Assembly (NCBI GenBank): GCA_000934665.2
Contig: KZ539136.1
Coordinates: forward strand, 1 to 32,655
DNA length: 32,655 nt
From: Catajapyx aquilonaris
Lineage: Eukaryota
Direction of reading: 5' to 3'
Made by a program: the position numbers and the translations under genes. Positions 1 through 13,459 of this stretch are shown one piece after another; the first letter of the stretch is position 1; each line of letters starts with the position of its first letter. The notes beneath the pieces were generated by a model, which did no database searches, was not told the origin of the DNA, and was given only the letters and a program-made list of their open reading frames with translations.

Positions 1-157
1 AAGGCTAGTTCCCCATTGATACTCTTCCACGAAATCCTAAGCTTTAAAAAATGACAAGCAGTCTAATTCTTGGCATTAATTATAGATTCTCCGATGTCTG
101 CACGAGACACACCTCAACATTAAAACAGTCGATTGCTTTGAGAACACCCTTGTCCAC

Positions 158-830
158 TTATTCCAAACTTTGCAACATTCCAAGGGCCCTCTCGGTGGGT
201 TTGGGTGTACAGCCCTTGTGAACCACTGCCTCGAATGGTATGCCAAGTGCCTCGCTCTTGTACGAGAACAACCTCTCGATCCAAACATGCAGCGACCAGC
301 ACGTGATCAATCCTGACGGTTTTTCCTTCGTCGCAATGACGTATTTCGCAGGCAATGTTTCCACTCAATTCTTGGGGTCCCGTTCACCCCTACCACACCT
401 TCCTCTACTACTATACCGTCCCTTGGTTTTCTCTCTTAAGCCGAATCCGATATCAGGCAGTGGGGACGAAGTGGCAATTTCCCCCTCCCATCCATCTGCT
501 GGAAATCTCCCGACCAGCGACAATGGAGACGTCCGTGGTACGGATGGAGGAAAGTGGATATCTGTGCAGCTCCCGATGCGAAGATGTATGATCCACCGGT
601 TGCCAGAAGAAAGTGGAAAAGCCACCTGATGCTCTCTCATCTCGAACCACATCCTCGGACGCATTCACAGCCTCTTTGCATTATTAACCTCTCCCGTCCG
701 AGCGAGCGATAGCCATTGGTTCTATATCCTACAGTCTTTCTAGGCTAGACTAGACAGGGATTTCTTGGCACTTGGTTTTCACATTGCTTGCTTCACAAGC
801 AGAGAAATTCTGCAAATTGCGCCAGTCCTA
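158..830 (-). pseudogene. Two adjacent C2 repeats, among the best preserved in the array
   Basis: ORFs 365..664 and 158..364 share one frame separated by a single stop. They read ...PRMWFEMREHQVAFPLS...LSLVGRFPADGWEGEI...GLREKTKG (end of one C2), then RCGRGE...PAKYVIATKEKPSGLIT...VWIERLF...IPFEAVV...ERALGML (next C2). Upstream frames give RISL/CEASNV, RNPCLV and ARTGEV after a ttatag acceptor near 828. Confidence 0.6.
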
Positions 831-1172
831 TAAGTAAAGGGTGGCGTCTGAAGCGTGCGGAGGACAGGAGGTTGGAAAAGTCAGGCTTATTACAGGCAAT
901 TATGGGACACTATGAGCTCGAAAGGGTTATTCTGCTGGTGACTTCGCATAGTGAAACGGCAATTAAAGCTATCAAGGGACAGTATAATTTAAGTTACGTT
1001 TGTGCTAATTCAATATCAAGTTACTAAATCGTGATAATAAGGCTCTAAATGCCTAAAAAGTTGCGGCCAATCCTGGTGCTATACTGTATACAATCGAGCA
1101 AGGTGAAAACTTGCCGTCACTAGTTTCACACTTTGTCTCTTCAAATAATAAATAAAATATTGATTAAAATTA

Positions 1173-1389
1173 CACAGTACCAGGTAAACTGGACCAGATC
1201 TAGACCATGTCTACAATTTGTTAGGCACAGTATTGCCAACCCAGAGACACAAACTGAGCATCTGATGTCAAGTGCCTAAAGTGTCAACCGAATTCATTCA
1301 TGTTGACACGCAATCAGATAGTCCCTGGGTTGACCATAATGTGCCTAGTAACCTAGTAGTGGACCGGATCTACTTTCCTCGTGGCTGTG
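1173..1389. mobile_element. Degenerate palindromic MITE with CACAG...CTGTG ends and TA flanks
   Basis: TTACACAG (1170-1177) pairs with CTGTGTAA (1385-1392). Internal inverted pairs: TAGGCACA 1222-1229/1340-1347, CAACCCAG 1237-1244/1325-1332, GTGTCAAC 1281-1288/1302-1309. Confidence 0.65.
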
Positions 1390-1689
1390 TAACTGGCAAC
1401 ATTATCCCACTCCACTAATATAAAGAGTGATGGCAGATAGTGTCTAAACGTGCCATGCGTGCAGGAACAAACACATTCCCATATGGTTTGCGCTCGCTGC
1501 AACTTGGATTAAAAGGATTTCAGTCACGCATGTTTCACATCTAACCATTATGAGCAATGCCATGGCGTATCGCATCAAACAACTGCCTAAAAATGGGTAA
1601 TTTAATTTTTGGGCACAACAGGTATTATCTCTTCATTATTGGGTCAATGGGTCAAAATTCATCATATCATGTATCGATACCACATTATT

Positions 1690-2026
1690 GCGGAGAGGCG
1701 GAGTGGTTCTGCGGTAACGTATTCGCCCACGGATGTTAAGGTCCCGGGTTCGATCCCAGCCCGGGGACACCCCCTTCATCTCGTGCAGAGTTCATGAGTC
1801 GTCTCTGACTTCGTCTCGGGTGGAATTTCCTTAGACTAATCCACCCAGGGGAGCTCATAAAACGACCAAATTTCAGACAAGGCCCTGCACTTGCACATCC
1901 CCTCCTGTCATCCTGCCCGTGGGCCCGGGCGCTTCAAAAATAGGATTCCCGGCCAAAAATTGTATCATCGTTAATAATTAAGGTCTGGCTGAAAACCTAT
2001 CACCCAATTATTATTATTATATTATT
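1690..2026 (+). mobile_element. tRNA-derived SINE (~337 bp) with (ATT)n tail and 13-bp target-site duplication
   Basis: Pol III A-box-like TGGTTCTGCGG at 1704-1714 and B-box GGTTCGATCCC at 1747-1757. (ATT)n tail at ~2007-2026. Exact direct repeat ATACCACATTATT at 1677-1689 and 2027-2039. Confidence 0.9.
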
Positions 2027-4103
2027 ATACCACATTATTACAACAAATGTTTGGTTTATGCAATATTTCACTCTATGGCCCTTCGCAAAATGCTTATTTT
2101 AACTTGATTTTATTGCCACATCTAGCCTTATACTAACTATGAATAGGACAGTTGAAAAACAAAAACATTTTCATGCACAATTTCCCAAGTACAATTCACT
2201 TCAGATATATAAAACCTATAAATTAATAAGCAATACACACCATCACGACTCCAGTCTCCAGCTACACAAACTGGTCCCAACACTATGAAACAACATGTAC
2301 CTGAGCCTATATACACGCATTTCACGCGAAATAACGTCCCTTGTTGGTACAATCCGTCTCCCGAAACAAGCAAACATGTTCGGCTTGTGTGATGTCCGAC
2401 ATATTCAACACCATTCTGCTAACAGCAAAGTGCATGCCTATTTTAACAAGCCCACCATTTCATTCAATCCTTACACATAACACAAACGTTTTGCTCCCAC
2501 CAGAACACCCACATCCACAACAACACGCCAACCACCTAATTATTCGTGATTCCTGGATTTCAAACTATAAATTTTTAAACGGTTCGCCATGGCATTCGGA
2601 TAGTCACGGCTAGTTATTTCACCAGGGTCAGAGTAACTCTTGGTATATAGGTGGCAACCTCTCACTTCCCTGACTTCAAACCTCATCGTCGTCAGCCACA
2701 AGTCGTCGTCATTCCCCACCCCCCACCTTCACTCTGATTTGTACCCGCTGACTATGTCTCTTTGACACCAACGCAATACGGAGTGAAATAAAGGCCATTA
2801 CTAAGAGCACCCCCATCGATTAGGTGAAAGTCAACGGAACCGCTCCCTTGACTTCAGCAGATTGGAGTGGTAGAGGCGCTAGACGACCAAGAACAATGAA
2901 GGGGAAGAAAAAAGAAACCATCATACTATACTAGAGGTCGGTCCTTGGATAAAAAAAGGGAGGTCAGACTTTGCTGCCCTTTTGCCAGCTGAGTGGCCAT
3001 TTGTCAAATGGAGGGTGGGGAGAGAAGGGGAGGACTGCGACACAGCCTCCACCCTCCACCTCTTCATATTGCTTTCAACTTGGCTTCAAACGACGTGCCA
3101 AATAAGAAATGATACCCTGTTCCATTAGCGTGATGACTTCGTAGACGGCAGGAAACTGAGCAGTGTCAAACCGTCGCAATAGCACACTATAGAGACGTCT
3201 TTGTTCGCCGTGTTTTCAGCTTCTCGAGTGCACAGTGTACTGTAGTGGAGTACCACAGATATGTTCAGTATATCTGGACGGATACATCTTCGTCACGTAT
3301 TCACTGCAGAAGTTGTAGGATTGAGGAAATTGTGCAAGTAAGAGCTAATGAGATCAGCCCAACCACCTGAACTCAAATTAATATAATAATGTGCAAGTTC
3401 AATTGCTCTGCATCTGATTTCTGGCGAAGCTTTTACCACCTCATTCCTTGTTCCCTCTTTCCCACTCTGTTTGCCTTACGCGTAAGTATTGCAAGTATAA
3501 TTAAGCAGAGTCCAGCCGGAGGCACAATAATTAATAATACAACTTACATGAGAACTGACCAGAACTTAATATTGAACTTCCACTAATGAAAAAGTCAACG
3601 AAAATAATGAATTTTTAAGTCATTACCTGCGCTTGGGAGCGCTTCTACGTGGAGGGTAACAATTCCGCCTTCCGCCCCGTTAAATTAAAATATTTAAAAA
3701 AATCCGGCATAATGTGTACAGTTTTGCGTACTAATTTATACAGTATATACATTTTTTTGTTTAATGCGCAAGTTACATGTACCCTGGCCTAATTGTTCAA
3801 AGGCGGAAAATGCAATCATTTAGCCTACATATTAAAGTTCGTCTACGGGCAATTGTGCAGACTCATCATGAAAAACCTCTGATTGTATGCACTCATGTAC
3901 AAAATCGGGGATTTGAGTTAATATAATTGGCCACAGTCCTTAGAAATTGAATAAATTCGCGTCAGAGAAAATTTCTGCATCGGCAGGCACGAGAGTAATC
4001 CTACTGCATATACAGCAACCTGAATAGTGATGAAATTAATCAGGACGTATTATTATACAGTATAACCGGACTAAAAACCCGGAGTCCATACAGTCTACTC
4101 GTA

Positions 4104-4447
4104 CACTGGCTCTCATAAGTTGAGCACACAGAGTAAAAACCCAGTTATAAAGGGAAATATCTACATATATAGACCCTACACTGTATATGTACAGAAATGT
4201 GAGAGCTACGTGAAAACAGAAACTATTTTACTGGCCCTTTACTATGACTAATAGGAGGCTACAGGAGCGTTTCGTCAAATTAAGGGTCGTCATTGCGAAA
4301 ATGTCCTGTAGTAAAGGGCAAGGAAAAAAAATCTGTTCTTATACAGCTCTCATTCACATTTATGTGACACAATACATATATTTGCAGATATTTCGCTTCA
4401 AAACTGTGCATTTACTATAGGTGTGCTCAGACTTCTGCGAAGTAGTG
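4104..4447. mobile_element. Tc1/mariner-like foldback MITE with ~145-bp imperfect inverted arms
   Basis: Left end TA|CACTGGCTCTCATAAGTTGAGCACAC; reverse complement of right end CACTACTTCGCAGAAGTCTGAGCACAC. The arms keep aligning inward: AGTAAA..C.CAGTT.T.AAG.GAAATATCT.CA.ATATA, then AAATGTGA/GAGAGCT, AACAGA and GCCCTTT. The right flank is TG rather than TA. Confidence 0.8.
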
Positions 4448-7400
4448 TGCACTGTAGCTCAAGCCAAGTATATAGGAGCCTCAGAATACGCATACAAATG
4501 TTCACAGTGGAGAAAGCCGCGTAAGCTAGCCTGAACTCACGAAAGTTTCCAACAAGCCATACTCAGTCAGTACGGCGGCAGTTGTTGGCTTTGAAATACT
4601 TGCCTTTGCTTCAATCGACAACAGGTTCCTTTCAGAAAAATGTAATGGCCTGCCCGTTTTTATTGGTCGAACCGGTGAAGTGTATGTACTAAATCTCAAA
4701 AACGAGAAATATTGCGACACTATGTACGGTCTTTTCACCTTGACCTTTCAGCGTTTTCGAGGGTTCATTTTCTTCCCGGAAGCATCCGGATGGATCTATT
4801 GCTTTCTTCTAGGACAAGGAGAGCGAGAATGCTCCGTTCAATTCTCTAAAGCTCCGTTTATCACTCGAGGGAATTAACCCATGTAATATCCAAGAGGATT
4901 TTCTCCAATTCTTTTTTCTCCTTTTTGGCGCTACGCTTTCATTATAACCCACCAATCCTAGGATTTAGAGAGAGAAAGAAAAAAAAAGGACGGAGATGCG
5001 CGACTCATTGATGCCGGAAGATTTTTTTCCCATTCCCATCTTCCACTTTTCCTCGCTGCTACTTCCGCGATAGCCAATTCTGAATCGCGCTCATATCCTC
5101 CAGAGGGTGGAGGAAGGGGGGCAGAAAATGCCATAAGAGGAATTACGTATACGTTGACTGCAGGCGGTATTACGTGCTTTCATCTTCTAGAAGGTCCCAC
5201 AAGAGAAAATTCAACGTATATAAAGTGGCAATAAAATGTTGAGACCTCGACAAATGTCGCCTCCGGTTTCAAAAGAGATGTCTCGAAAGTCGCTTCCACG
5301 CGTTGATCCCATTCCACTAGCTAATATACGAAGGCTGTCTTGGTAACCTCTGTAAATGGGACCTAAGCCACATGTCATCCAAAATTCATTCGTGTCATGT
5401 CCCATTTGTTGTGTGTTAACCTACCAGAAATATTTACCACGCAATAGATCATACAGGGCGGTCAGCTTGGGTCAGCAAATCCAGAAATCGCTACAGGTTG
5501 TTCTATAAGAACCAAACATTGTATTCTACCAATCTTCTTACATTTACAAAGCAGAAAGTTTCTCTGTTTGTATGTACGGGTTACTTAAACCACTTTCAGA
5601 ATACTGACAGTTCTGAAACTTGGTACACCGATGTATTACGTGCCGCTGAATGAGGGATAAGTCCGAAAACTGCATTTTTTGAGTCTAAATACCAAAAATT
5701 TTGTTTTTTCACCCTGAAGTTTGGTTTCTCATCTGCGGCCATTGTTACCGTCACCACAGATGACGCCCATGCCCTCCCCCTCCCCGCCTCCCTGTCAGTC
5801 CCCATCTCCCGTCAGCCCCCCTTTCTTGCTCACCAAGACCACCGGTTGGTTAGCAGCCACCTGACAGTTCCCGTGCGAAGAACGGGTATCCTGCTAGTAT
5901 TCCATATGATCAAAATACAAAATCAATTTTTGAATTGAAGTTTAATTGCTACTTAGTCAATTATGTTAGCACAGTGAATGTCTGCACATAATCACGAATT
6001 TTCATTAATTTGGTTTCATACAACCTGCCCTAGTCAATAGGAATGTCATTTAGATGGGATGCTTCGGATCAAGCATCATCCTAGATTCCAACGACCATCA
6101 CACTAATCGAGAAGAAGCAAAGGAGCCTTCAATGAGTCCCATTGAATGAACAAATCACCCCAGGCGACGTACAAATTCAGCGGAAAGTAAGTAGCTGACA
6201 GGGTGGGCTCAGGTGGCATCAACCATTTGCATTCAGCCTCTGATTGATTCCGCCAGAGTGGAAATCCGATCAATAATTGCAAAAAAAAAATATTCTCAGC
6301 GACAAACGACTGTTGACAACCCAACTCATAAAGTACGTTTTCATGAACACTCCCCTTCAATATAGTAGTCTTTGAGCTAGAGTTAAAGGGACATTGTACT
6401 CAGACAACTTGAGCTCTACAAATTGGTGGAAATAATCTCGATTCAGACCCGATTTTTTCTCAGAACTGAAAAGTAACTCCAGGGCTAAAGGTCAAAGTCA
6501 GGGGAAATGTCTTTCTGGAGCGGTTCACCACATGAAATCAGCCATTGGAACTGGTCAAAAAATATCTTCCAATCGAAATTGGCAATGTGCTGAAATGGGA
6601 CTCTGCACATGCTACTCACCGTTTTGCATCTCCTTCCGGTCAATTAATAAACTCGCCTCGCCCAATTTGCCCCCTGATTGCTTTTAAATCGAATCTCAAA
6701 CGTCATTAAAAGGTTAGATTAATACGCACTCAGGCTGCAACGCGGGCTCAACCAGCAAAAGCTATCGGTCCACAAACACCGGGCCCATCCGCCCACTTAT
6801 GTGCGACACTTTACCACCAATACCATTCATTAGAAGGCGATCCTTTTAGATGACAAGGTGTCGATGGTATGGTGCTCTCCCAATGGAAAACCGCTTAGTG
6901 CGAATATGCAAAAAGGCGGCCCAAATTTTCTTCCATGCGCAGGAATGTGAACCGAATCATGCCCTACTAACCTTTCAAAATAGTGCTAGAAGTGCAAATT
7001 CCGGATTAGCATTTAGTAAAATTCCAAGTTTTATATAGATGAAATGTGAGTGTCAGCGGTTTTTTTCCAGGTCATCCCGATAATCCTTCTTCGGAGTATG
7101 ACTGCTGGGAACTGTGGCTACACTAACCCTAGTCTGAAAGCCAAAGAAAAATATTGCTCCCTTGATCGACCTGACCCCTAGCTGCCATAAGGCTCATCAA
7201 CATTAATGCCCGTATGCAGAGGGCAAAACTGGACCCACGCGCCTGCAGATTGTCGCCAGGCCATAAAGATGTCGTCGAAGCTGTCTCTAAATCGTACCTT
7301 TGTTTCGAGCGCGGTCACTTGGGCAACTAAGAGAGATGGGGGAGAGAGAGGGAGACTCATTAAGCTGGAGTGGACGCAAATTGCGGCTGCGGGGAGTTTG

Positions 7401-10106
7401 AGATACGGCAGAAAGATTCTCTGGAGCACTCCTGCACAGATTTGTGCCAGGCAAAATTGCCCATCAAATTAGTCCGAGTGGTTGGGCAGTGGGCAGTTGC
7501 GGGCTTTTTAAAAGAGATGGATATCTCCCGGATGGTATTATTGCAAAACAATGGAGCAGTGGGCTTGAAGAAGTGCAGGTGTGCGGGTTCAGTGTTTTGT
7601 TTATTGGAGGTGGCGCTGAAAATCTGCTGTGTTCAAAGATGGCGCCTGACTAGAAGTGGTGAAATTCAGAAAATAATAAAGGGGAACAGTTATGGGTGTT
7701 CCAATAGGCATCTGATGTTGCCTGATGATACGTGTAGTTATTTCCCTAAAGGTCTAATGGTTGACACTAATGGATGACCAACAACATCGTTATATCAGGT
7801 CTATTAGGTTTCGTATTAGCGTGAAATCAATTTTATGACCTGAAATGCAGAGCGATTAGAGACACATTTTGGTCGAAATTGAGTTACTCATTGTGTATAA
7901 TGTAATCCGTAGTTCTCGAAGAGTGTTTTCTTATGGTCTTGCCAGCTTTCTGATATAGCAAAATACAGTCCTCTCTACTGGGTGTTCCAATTAACGTGAA
8001 ATTAGTGGTTAGTAATATATTTTCGTCATTAAGATGCTTATTTTAAGCAGTTTCTCTTGAGTGGCTACTTTTAGTGGTTATCAAAAATGTATTCGCTGCT
8101 AATATTATGGCAAATTTATCTACAAAAGGCCTGAAGCAATTTATTTTAGACTGTTGTTGCATCATTGAACAATTGGCATTGAATGACAAAAATAGAACCA
8201 ATCTTTAACAGGATGCTCCCCCCCTTTCAAACGTTAAGTAGGATATATCCACGTAGCCTAATACAGTATTAGCAGACTGATGCTTAAAATTAGCACTGTA
8301 GTGCCAGAAAATAGTTAATCACTAACTTTCCCAATAGTTGTAGGCAGTAGCAATACAGGGATTTCTGGCTGTAGACCTGCAATAGTATACAATAATACGA
8401 CCTCAATGAAAGTCTAAGCGGCCGGGAAGCCCATGCCTTCCTAAGTAGCCTATGTTGCAAATGAAAAAATTCCTAATTACTTACATCACGGCCTGCAGTG
8501 TGACTGTTATCATCAAAAAAGTGACTTAAACAAGTAATGCTGGTACGAGTATATTTTCGTATATTTCGTATATTTTGTCAAACGCATGGCTGTTGTGATC
8601 CCTGAATATTACACATGTAATGCTTTACATAAACACCTCCTTGAGCATTTGAGCTCTTCATAGCAAAGAGCATTACATATACTGTACTCGAATAGCAACA
8701 CGAAAACGCCAGGGAAGGCGAATCACAAGCTTACTCGCTTCTCAGCAGTGACAAATCGCTGGGCAAATTCCGACAACTGATTCATAAACCATTAGAACTA
8801 TCCCCGAGCTGTCTCACAGAGCTACACTAAAAGCAGGGTGTGGCTTACCACCACTGCAGAATCTTGCAGTGAAATGGTTCTCTAACATTTACAGTCACCT
8901 CGCACAATATACCGAGTAGTAAGCAAGTTAGGGCCGCGGACACTAATGCCTCTTTGGAGATGCATTGGGGCGCCTGTCCCACTGTCCCGCGAGGGTCGTC
9001 AAGACGATAACCACCAGCAGACCCTTGTATTGCAGCAATATGTGCCTTTTAATCCTTTAGCGCGCGGCAAGCTAATTTGATCGTAAACTTGCTAAGGAGA
9101 CGCCTCTTACCTTGATGTGCCTTTATATTTACGCTCCTATGCGACATCAACTCACCTGCAAGGAAGAAAAGTCTCAGATTAGACATCGGCATATACTGCA
9201 TCGCTACACAGAATCAAGCTAGAAAAATATCGAGCGCCCCAGTCCCACTCGGATATTCAAGGAGGCCTTAATATTGCCTGCACTGTGTTGAGAAGTCGGG
9301 CCTTAATCCGATATAAGATCAGTGGAGGTTAACTAATTACGGCTAATGTTCCCTTAGAGAGGTCACAAAAGTGGCCTGGGCCGATGAACTTCCAAAAAGA
9401 GCCAAAGGGGGTTCCCAAAGTTTTGGGGGAGTGCGGAAGAGCGCAGACAACATGGCGGACGACAGCTGAGGGGTGCAGGAGTGTGCTTAAAACAAAAGAA
9501 AATCGCATGGAGAATGGCGCCCGCAAGTTGGGGGGTTAGAGACGTTAGAGCATAGTGTGCACAGAGTCGTCTCTTTTGTTCCAACCCCTACCACCCCCTG
9601 GAAAAGAGTCAAGAGTTGTCGGGGAGTTCATTAACATGCGAACCCCGAACTGGCGCATTCGTCACCACGCTCGTTACACCCGCTCTTCAAGACTTGCACA
9701 TCAAGACCCTTCCGCCTTGCCGATGCTGTTGCTGGTCACAAACGACCAAGGTTTCGCTAGTCGACACGAGGCCTCCTTTCACCCCTTTGCACCTGCCCTC
9801 CTTAATTAAAAGCCTTAAGCACACTCGGCGAAAGCAAATGGAATCTGTATGCTTGTCTCCGCTAAGGCACTGTATAACCTCGGAGGTCCTTGCCCAATTT
9901 TGAGCAACAGTGGCGACAGACCAGGAGACAGCAGTGACATTTCCTGCCCTCTGGATATGGGGCATGTTTTCATCCACATGATTACAAGTTACTGCCATGC
10001 AGTGTAGCCTTATAGATACACAACTACTGGTGTTTACAAGACGTTGCGATTGTCACTTACAAGTTAGAGGAAAGAACTGCATAAGTAATACGACAGGTGT
10101 TGGAAT

Positions 10107-10375
10107 AATTGAATACCTCGGGGGAAGAATGATCAAGGTCCACCTCAGGTGAAATTGAGATATTCCAATTTCAAATTTCGAAGGTCCATTCGAAGGTTCT
10201 ATAGTAAATCCCACGTTCGGGGCTGTCCATTGTGACCTATGATCATTACTCCACAACCACGACCAAACCATCATATTCTATGCTAGTGAAACTGTCTTCT
10301 GAAATATGTAACTCATTTTTGACTAAAAGTGGAGCTTGATCGTTCTTCCCCCGAGGTTACCCGAGGTCTTCAATT
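10107..10375. repeat. Inverted repeat / small foldback element
   Basis: AATTGAATACCTCGGGGGAAGAATGATCAAGGTCCAC (10107-10143) is the near reverse complement of 10329-10375, which carries an extra CCGAGGT duplication. Exact termini are unresolved. Confidence 0.65.
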
Positions 10376-10392
10376 CATGTGGGCCTACTGTA

Positions 10393-10815
10393 CAGTACCC
10401 TGCATTAATGCCTATGTACAGGCATCGCCACATGGCGGGATTGAGCGGAATTAGGCATCGGTGGGCTGTGTCCAAAAAATACTTTGATCTCAAGACTACT
10501 CACGGGACCGCTCTAGACGGCTCAAGGTATCGCGGTGGATTAACAGGCATTCGCGTGGTCCGTGTAATAACTGGTTCACAACCTCAATACATTGATAGGA
10601 TAGGAATCGCAAATTCGCAATGGCCTTATAATATATTCATCCCGCAGATATATCTATGATCCGCTGTGATCCATCTTTGTAGCAAGCGTTTGAATCTTCC
10701 GCGATATCTTGAGCTGTCCAAGTATTTTGGATGCAACCCACCGACGCGACGCCTAATTCCGCTCGTTCTCGGACAGGTGGCGATGTCTGTGCATAGCCAT
10801 TAATGCAGGGTACTG
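10393..10815. mobile_element. pogo/Tigger-type Tc1/mariner MITE, 423 bp, with ~115-bp TIRs and TA target-site duplication
   Basis: TA|CAGTACCCTGCATTAATG...CATTAATGCAGGGTACTG|TA: the terminal 18 bp are a perfect inverted match. The arms align over ~10393-10507 and ~10698-10815. CAGT termini with a TA duplication are typical of pogo/Tigger elements. Confidence 0.9.
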
Positions 10816-12793
10816 TACATAAGACACGATAAGAAGTTTTCATTAAGTTACTCAATGACCGCGTATGGACACAGAAAGTGTTACTTTTGATATACATAGG
10901 GTCACAAACTCCCATTCTACATTTTCGCAAAAAAAACAACAATCTTATAAAATAATTTATTATATAATGACATACACAGTAAACCGATACAGGTTTAGAT
11001 TCGTAACATTTTTTCCGACATGACAGAGGATATATAGTGTGATTGTTATCAATCATGTTTGAATGTTATTGTTTTATAGAATATCTAATGATTAAATTTC
11101 ATCATAAATTTCAGAGTTCTACTATACGCAAAATACAAATTTCTCTGGAAAGTTGTTTCAGAAAATAAATCTAGTACTTTTAAAGGTTTTTTTTGTGGGA
11201 AACATAAAATGACTATAGAGTTTCAGATCCAGGAAAAGTTTGAATAAAAATACAGACTGATGTAGACTGTTCAAGCCGTATTGTGATGAAAGGAGAAGAT
11301 TTCCAACCATATAGCAGGAAAAATTTAGATCACCCTCTAGGTTCGCCAGAAAGTTATTCCGAATAGGAGTAGGCTAACCCATGACTCGTATATAGGCAGT
11401 TTCCTTTAGACGTCATCCTCAGCCTCGCTGCAGTGAAAGATTTTTAAAAAATCTTTATTCCACATACAAGGTATTTAATAATGAAGATTCACATAGTGGT
11501 ATAGCGCCACTATACAGTATATTAAGCTATGCAACAATATTAATGACTGGAGGAAATAAAAATAACACTGCAGAATACAATATTCCCGTTCAGGTACTAC
11601 ACTCATGGGTTATTGGCAGATGATATATCCACTGCAGCCATCCTTTAACAACATCTCTCCCACTATACTGTATTTTGAAAATGACGGATCCGAGAGGCGC
11701 ATTACTTCACAAGGTGACGCTATTACATTACAGCGCATGAGTGCACCGCCTTAAAATGACAAAGCTACAATAATTAGCGCGCAGGAAACCCAGTTACTGA
11801 GGATATAATTACACCCCTTTTAACCTTCATTCTCCAGTCCCTTCGACATACCCACCCTTTTAGCGTGCTGGTCAGGTTCGGGGCAAACACACTACCACAC
11901 GTATCGTGTAACAAAAGTGCTAGTAAATCTATACCTAGGCCCTTTTACGCAGTACTTTCAAGACATAGTACTATCCTATTACCCTAACCATGTGACCATC
12001 ATTTGGGCCACATGGCAAGGAAAAGTACACTAATCACATTCGATGAGTGCACAGGTATTGTTCTCATTATTAAAATGACAATCTGTCTCTTTCAGCCTGA
12101 GTCCAGCTATACTACCAGCTTTCACCAACGCTTCCCATACTAAAACTCCACCATTGTCTGTAAATTGGTCAGCCTTTCCACTAGTACTTCCCTAAAACCC
12201 GCTTACCTATACTTCAACTATCCTTCCTCTCCTCAACCACCCACCCCACCCCCTCCCCCTTAAAATAAGGCACGTCAGGCCATTTCCCTCGGATTAGGAC
12301 GAAACCCCCAAAACACACGACGCGTCCAGATTTAGTGATCAATCTCCCCGTATAACGCTATAAGGCGGCACCATAGGCGCTTCTTTGCGGAGTAACTAAG
12401 TGAAAGTGTAACTTTATATAGGTTTCGTGAGCTATCAAATGCCACCATGGGCTATTAACGCGTTAAAATAGCAGTCGTGAAAACTGCACTTTCCAGGCTG
12501 GATACGGGGGGACGCGTTATTGAAGACCGTTTTTTTCCATGGAGGTGGGGAAGGAAATGGCGTTTTTTTTGGACAGAATAGCCAAAGGGCAAGGAGAAAA
12601 AAATTGGGTTTATTTCAAGCGAGGTACCAACTGTTGCGCGATGACTCCATGTTAGTGTCACCTATGCACCAATTGTTAGCAGAACAACAGCTTTGACGGG
12701 TTTGCTCCAAAGATTCAATCTGAGCTCGCAGGAAGCTAGTGCCGGAGTTTCTTATATCAAATAGCTTACCCTGCCTTTCTTGTTGATACTGTA

Positions 12794-13337
12794 CATGGTG
12801 TAGAGAAAGACAGGAATATGAAGAGTTCATTCATATTTTACGCAGTTTTCTGAATGATAATTATCTGAATACCAAATGACGCATGCACACACAATAATTA
12901 TCTTATGCACAGAAACTGACCCTAAATTTGTCGGAATTATTTGAAACACCCGGTTAGCCAGGTAGTGTGGCTATGTGGGGTAATGTTTCCCGTGCCTCTG
13001 GCGCAGGCATATATGAATGCGACGGAGGATATAAGGGCACATTTACGATGCGATTTATGTCCTTTCACAGTTTCATATCATGAAAAACTGTGGGTTGTAA
13101 CTGCTAATCGAGCACAGCTGCTTACATTATTGCCAACATGGGGTGCTCCGAACACCAGTTTAAGGCGTTTCAGCAAGACAGCTGCTGCTAATTCCCCTCA
13201 CAGGTGGAAACATTACCAGAATAGCGTAACAGTTGTGCCCAAAAAATTCCAACGTAATGCCGGCTTAACAATATAACCCGGCCAGTTTACTGCCACTACC
13301 TACATTAATAGGGCATATCACTTGCTGAAGCACCCTG
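12794..13337. mobile_element. Probable mariner-derived non-autonomous element
   Basis: Right end CACCCTG|TA (13331-13339) and degenerate left end TA|CATGGTG (12792-12800), with an internal GAAACACCCGG (~12943-12953). It interrupts C2-like frames. The TIR match beyond 9 bp is weak. Confidence 0.45.
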
Positions 13338-13459
13338 TAGAATGAAACATGACCATAAATCCGCGGGTTATACCAGGTGACCTGTATGTGACCACTTGCA
13401 TGACGTTTTTGGGCTTGTGGTTACCCCCAGGCCCTGAATTTGGGTCCCGTCTATTGCAA

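Noticed and set aside
120..368. Alternative minus frame IACEIRHCD...WHTIRG, which also looks C2-like
   Set aside because: It overlaps the frame of ORF 158..364, which fits better and shares motifs with other repeats. It shows that by-eye C2 matching can give false positives, so individual repeat calls are tentative.
788..1027. Plus-strand ORF with VILLVTSHSETAIKAIK, faintly like a LINE RNase H motif
   Set aside because: The catalytic Asp is absent and there is no RT context. The opposite strand here belongs to the C2 array (RNFLGI at ~1048-1065).
1697..1770. Possible tRNA gene
   Set aside because: No convincing cloverleaf; it is the head of a SINE with a tail and target-site duplication.
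6382..6400. TTAAAGGGACA as a Kolobok-type terminus
   Set aside because: No matching partner terminus was found. On the minus strand it reads as a pyrimidine tract before a candidate splice acceptor.
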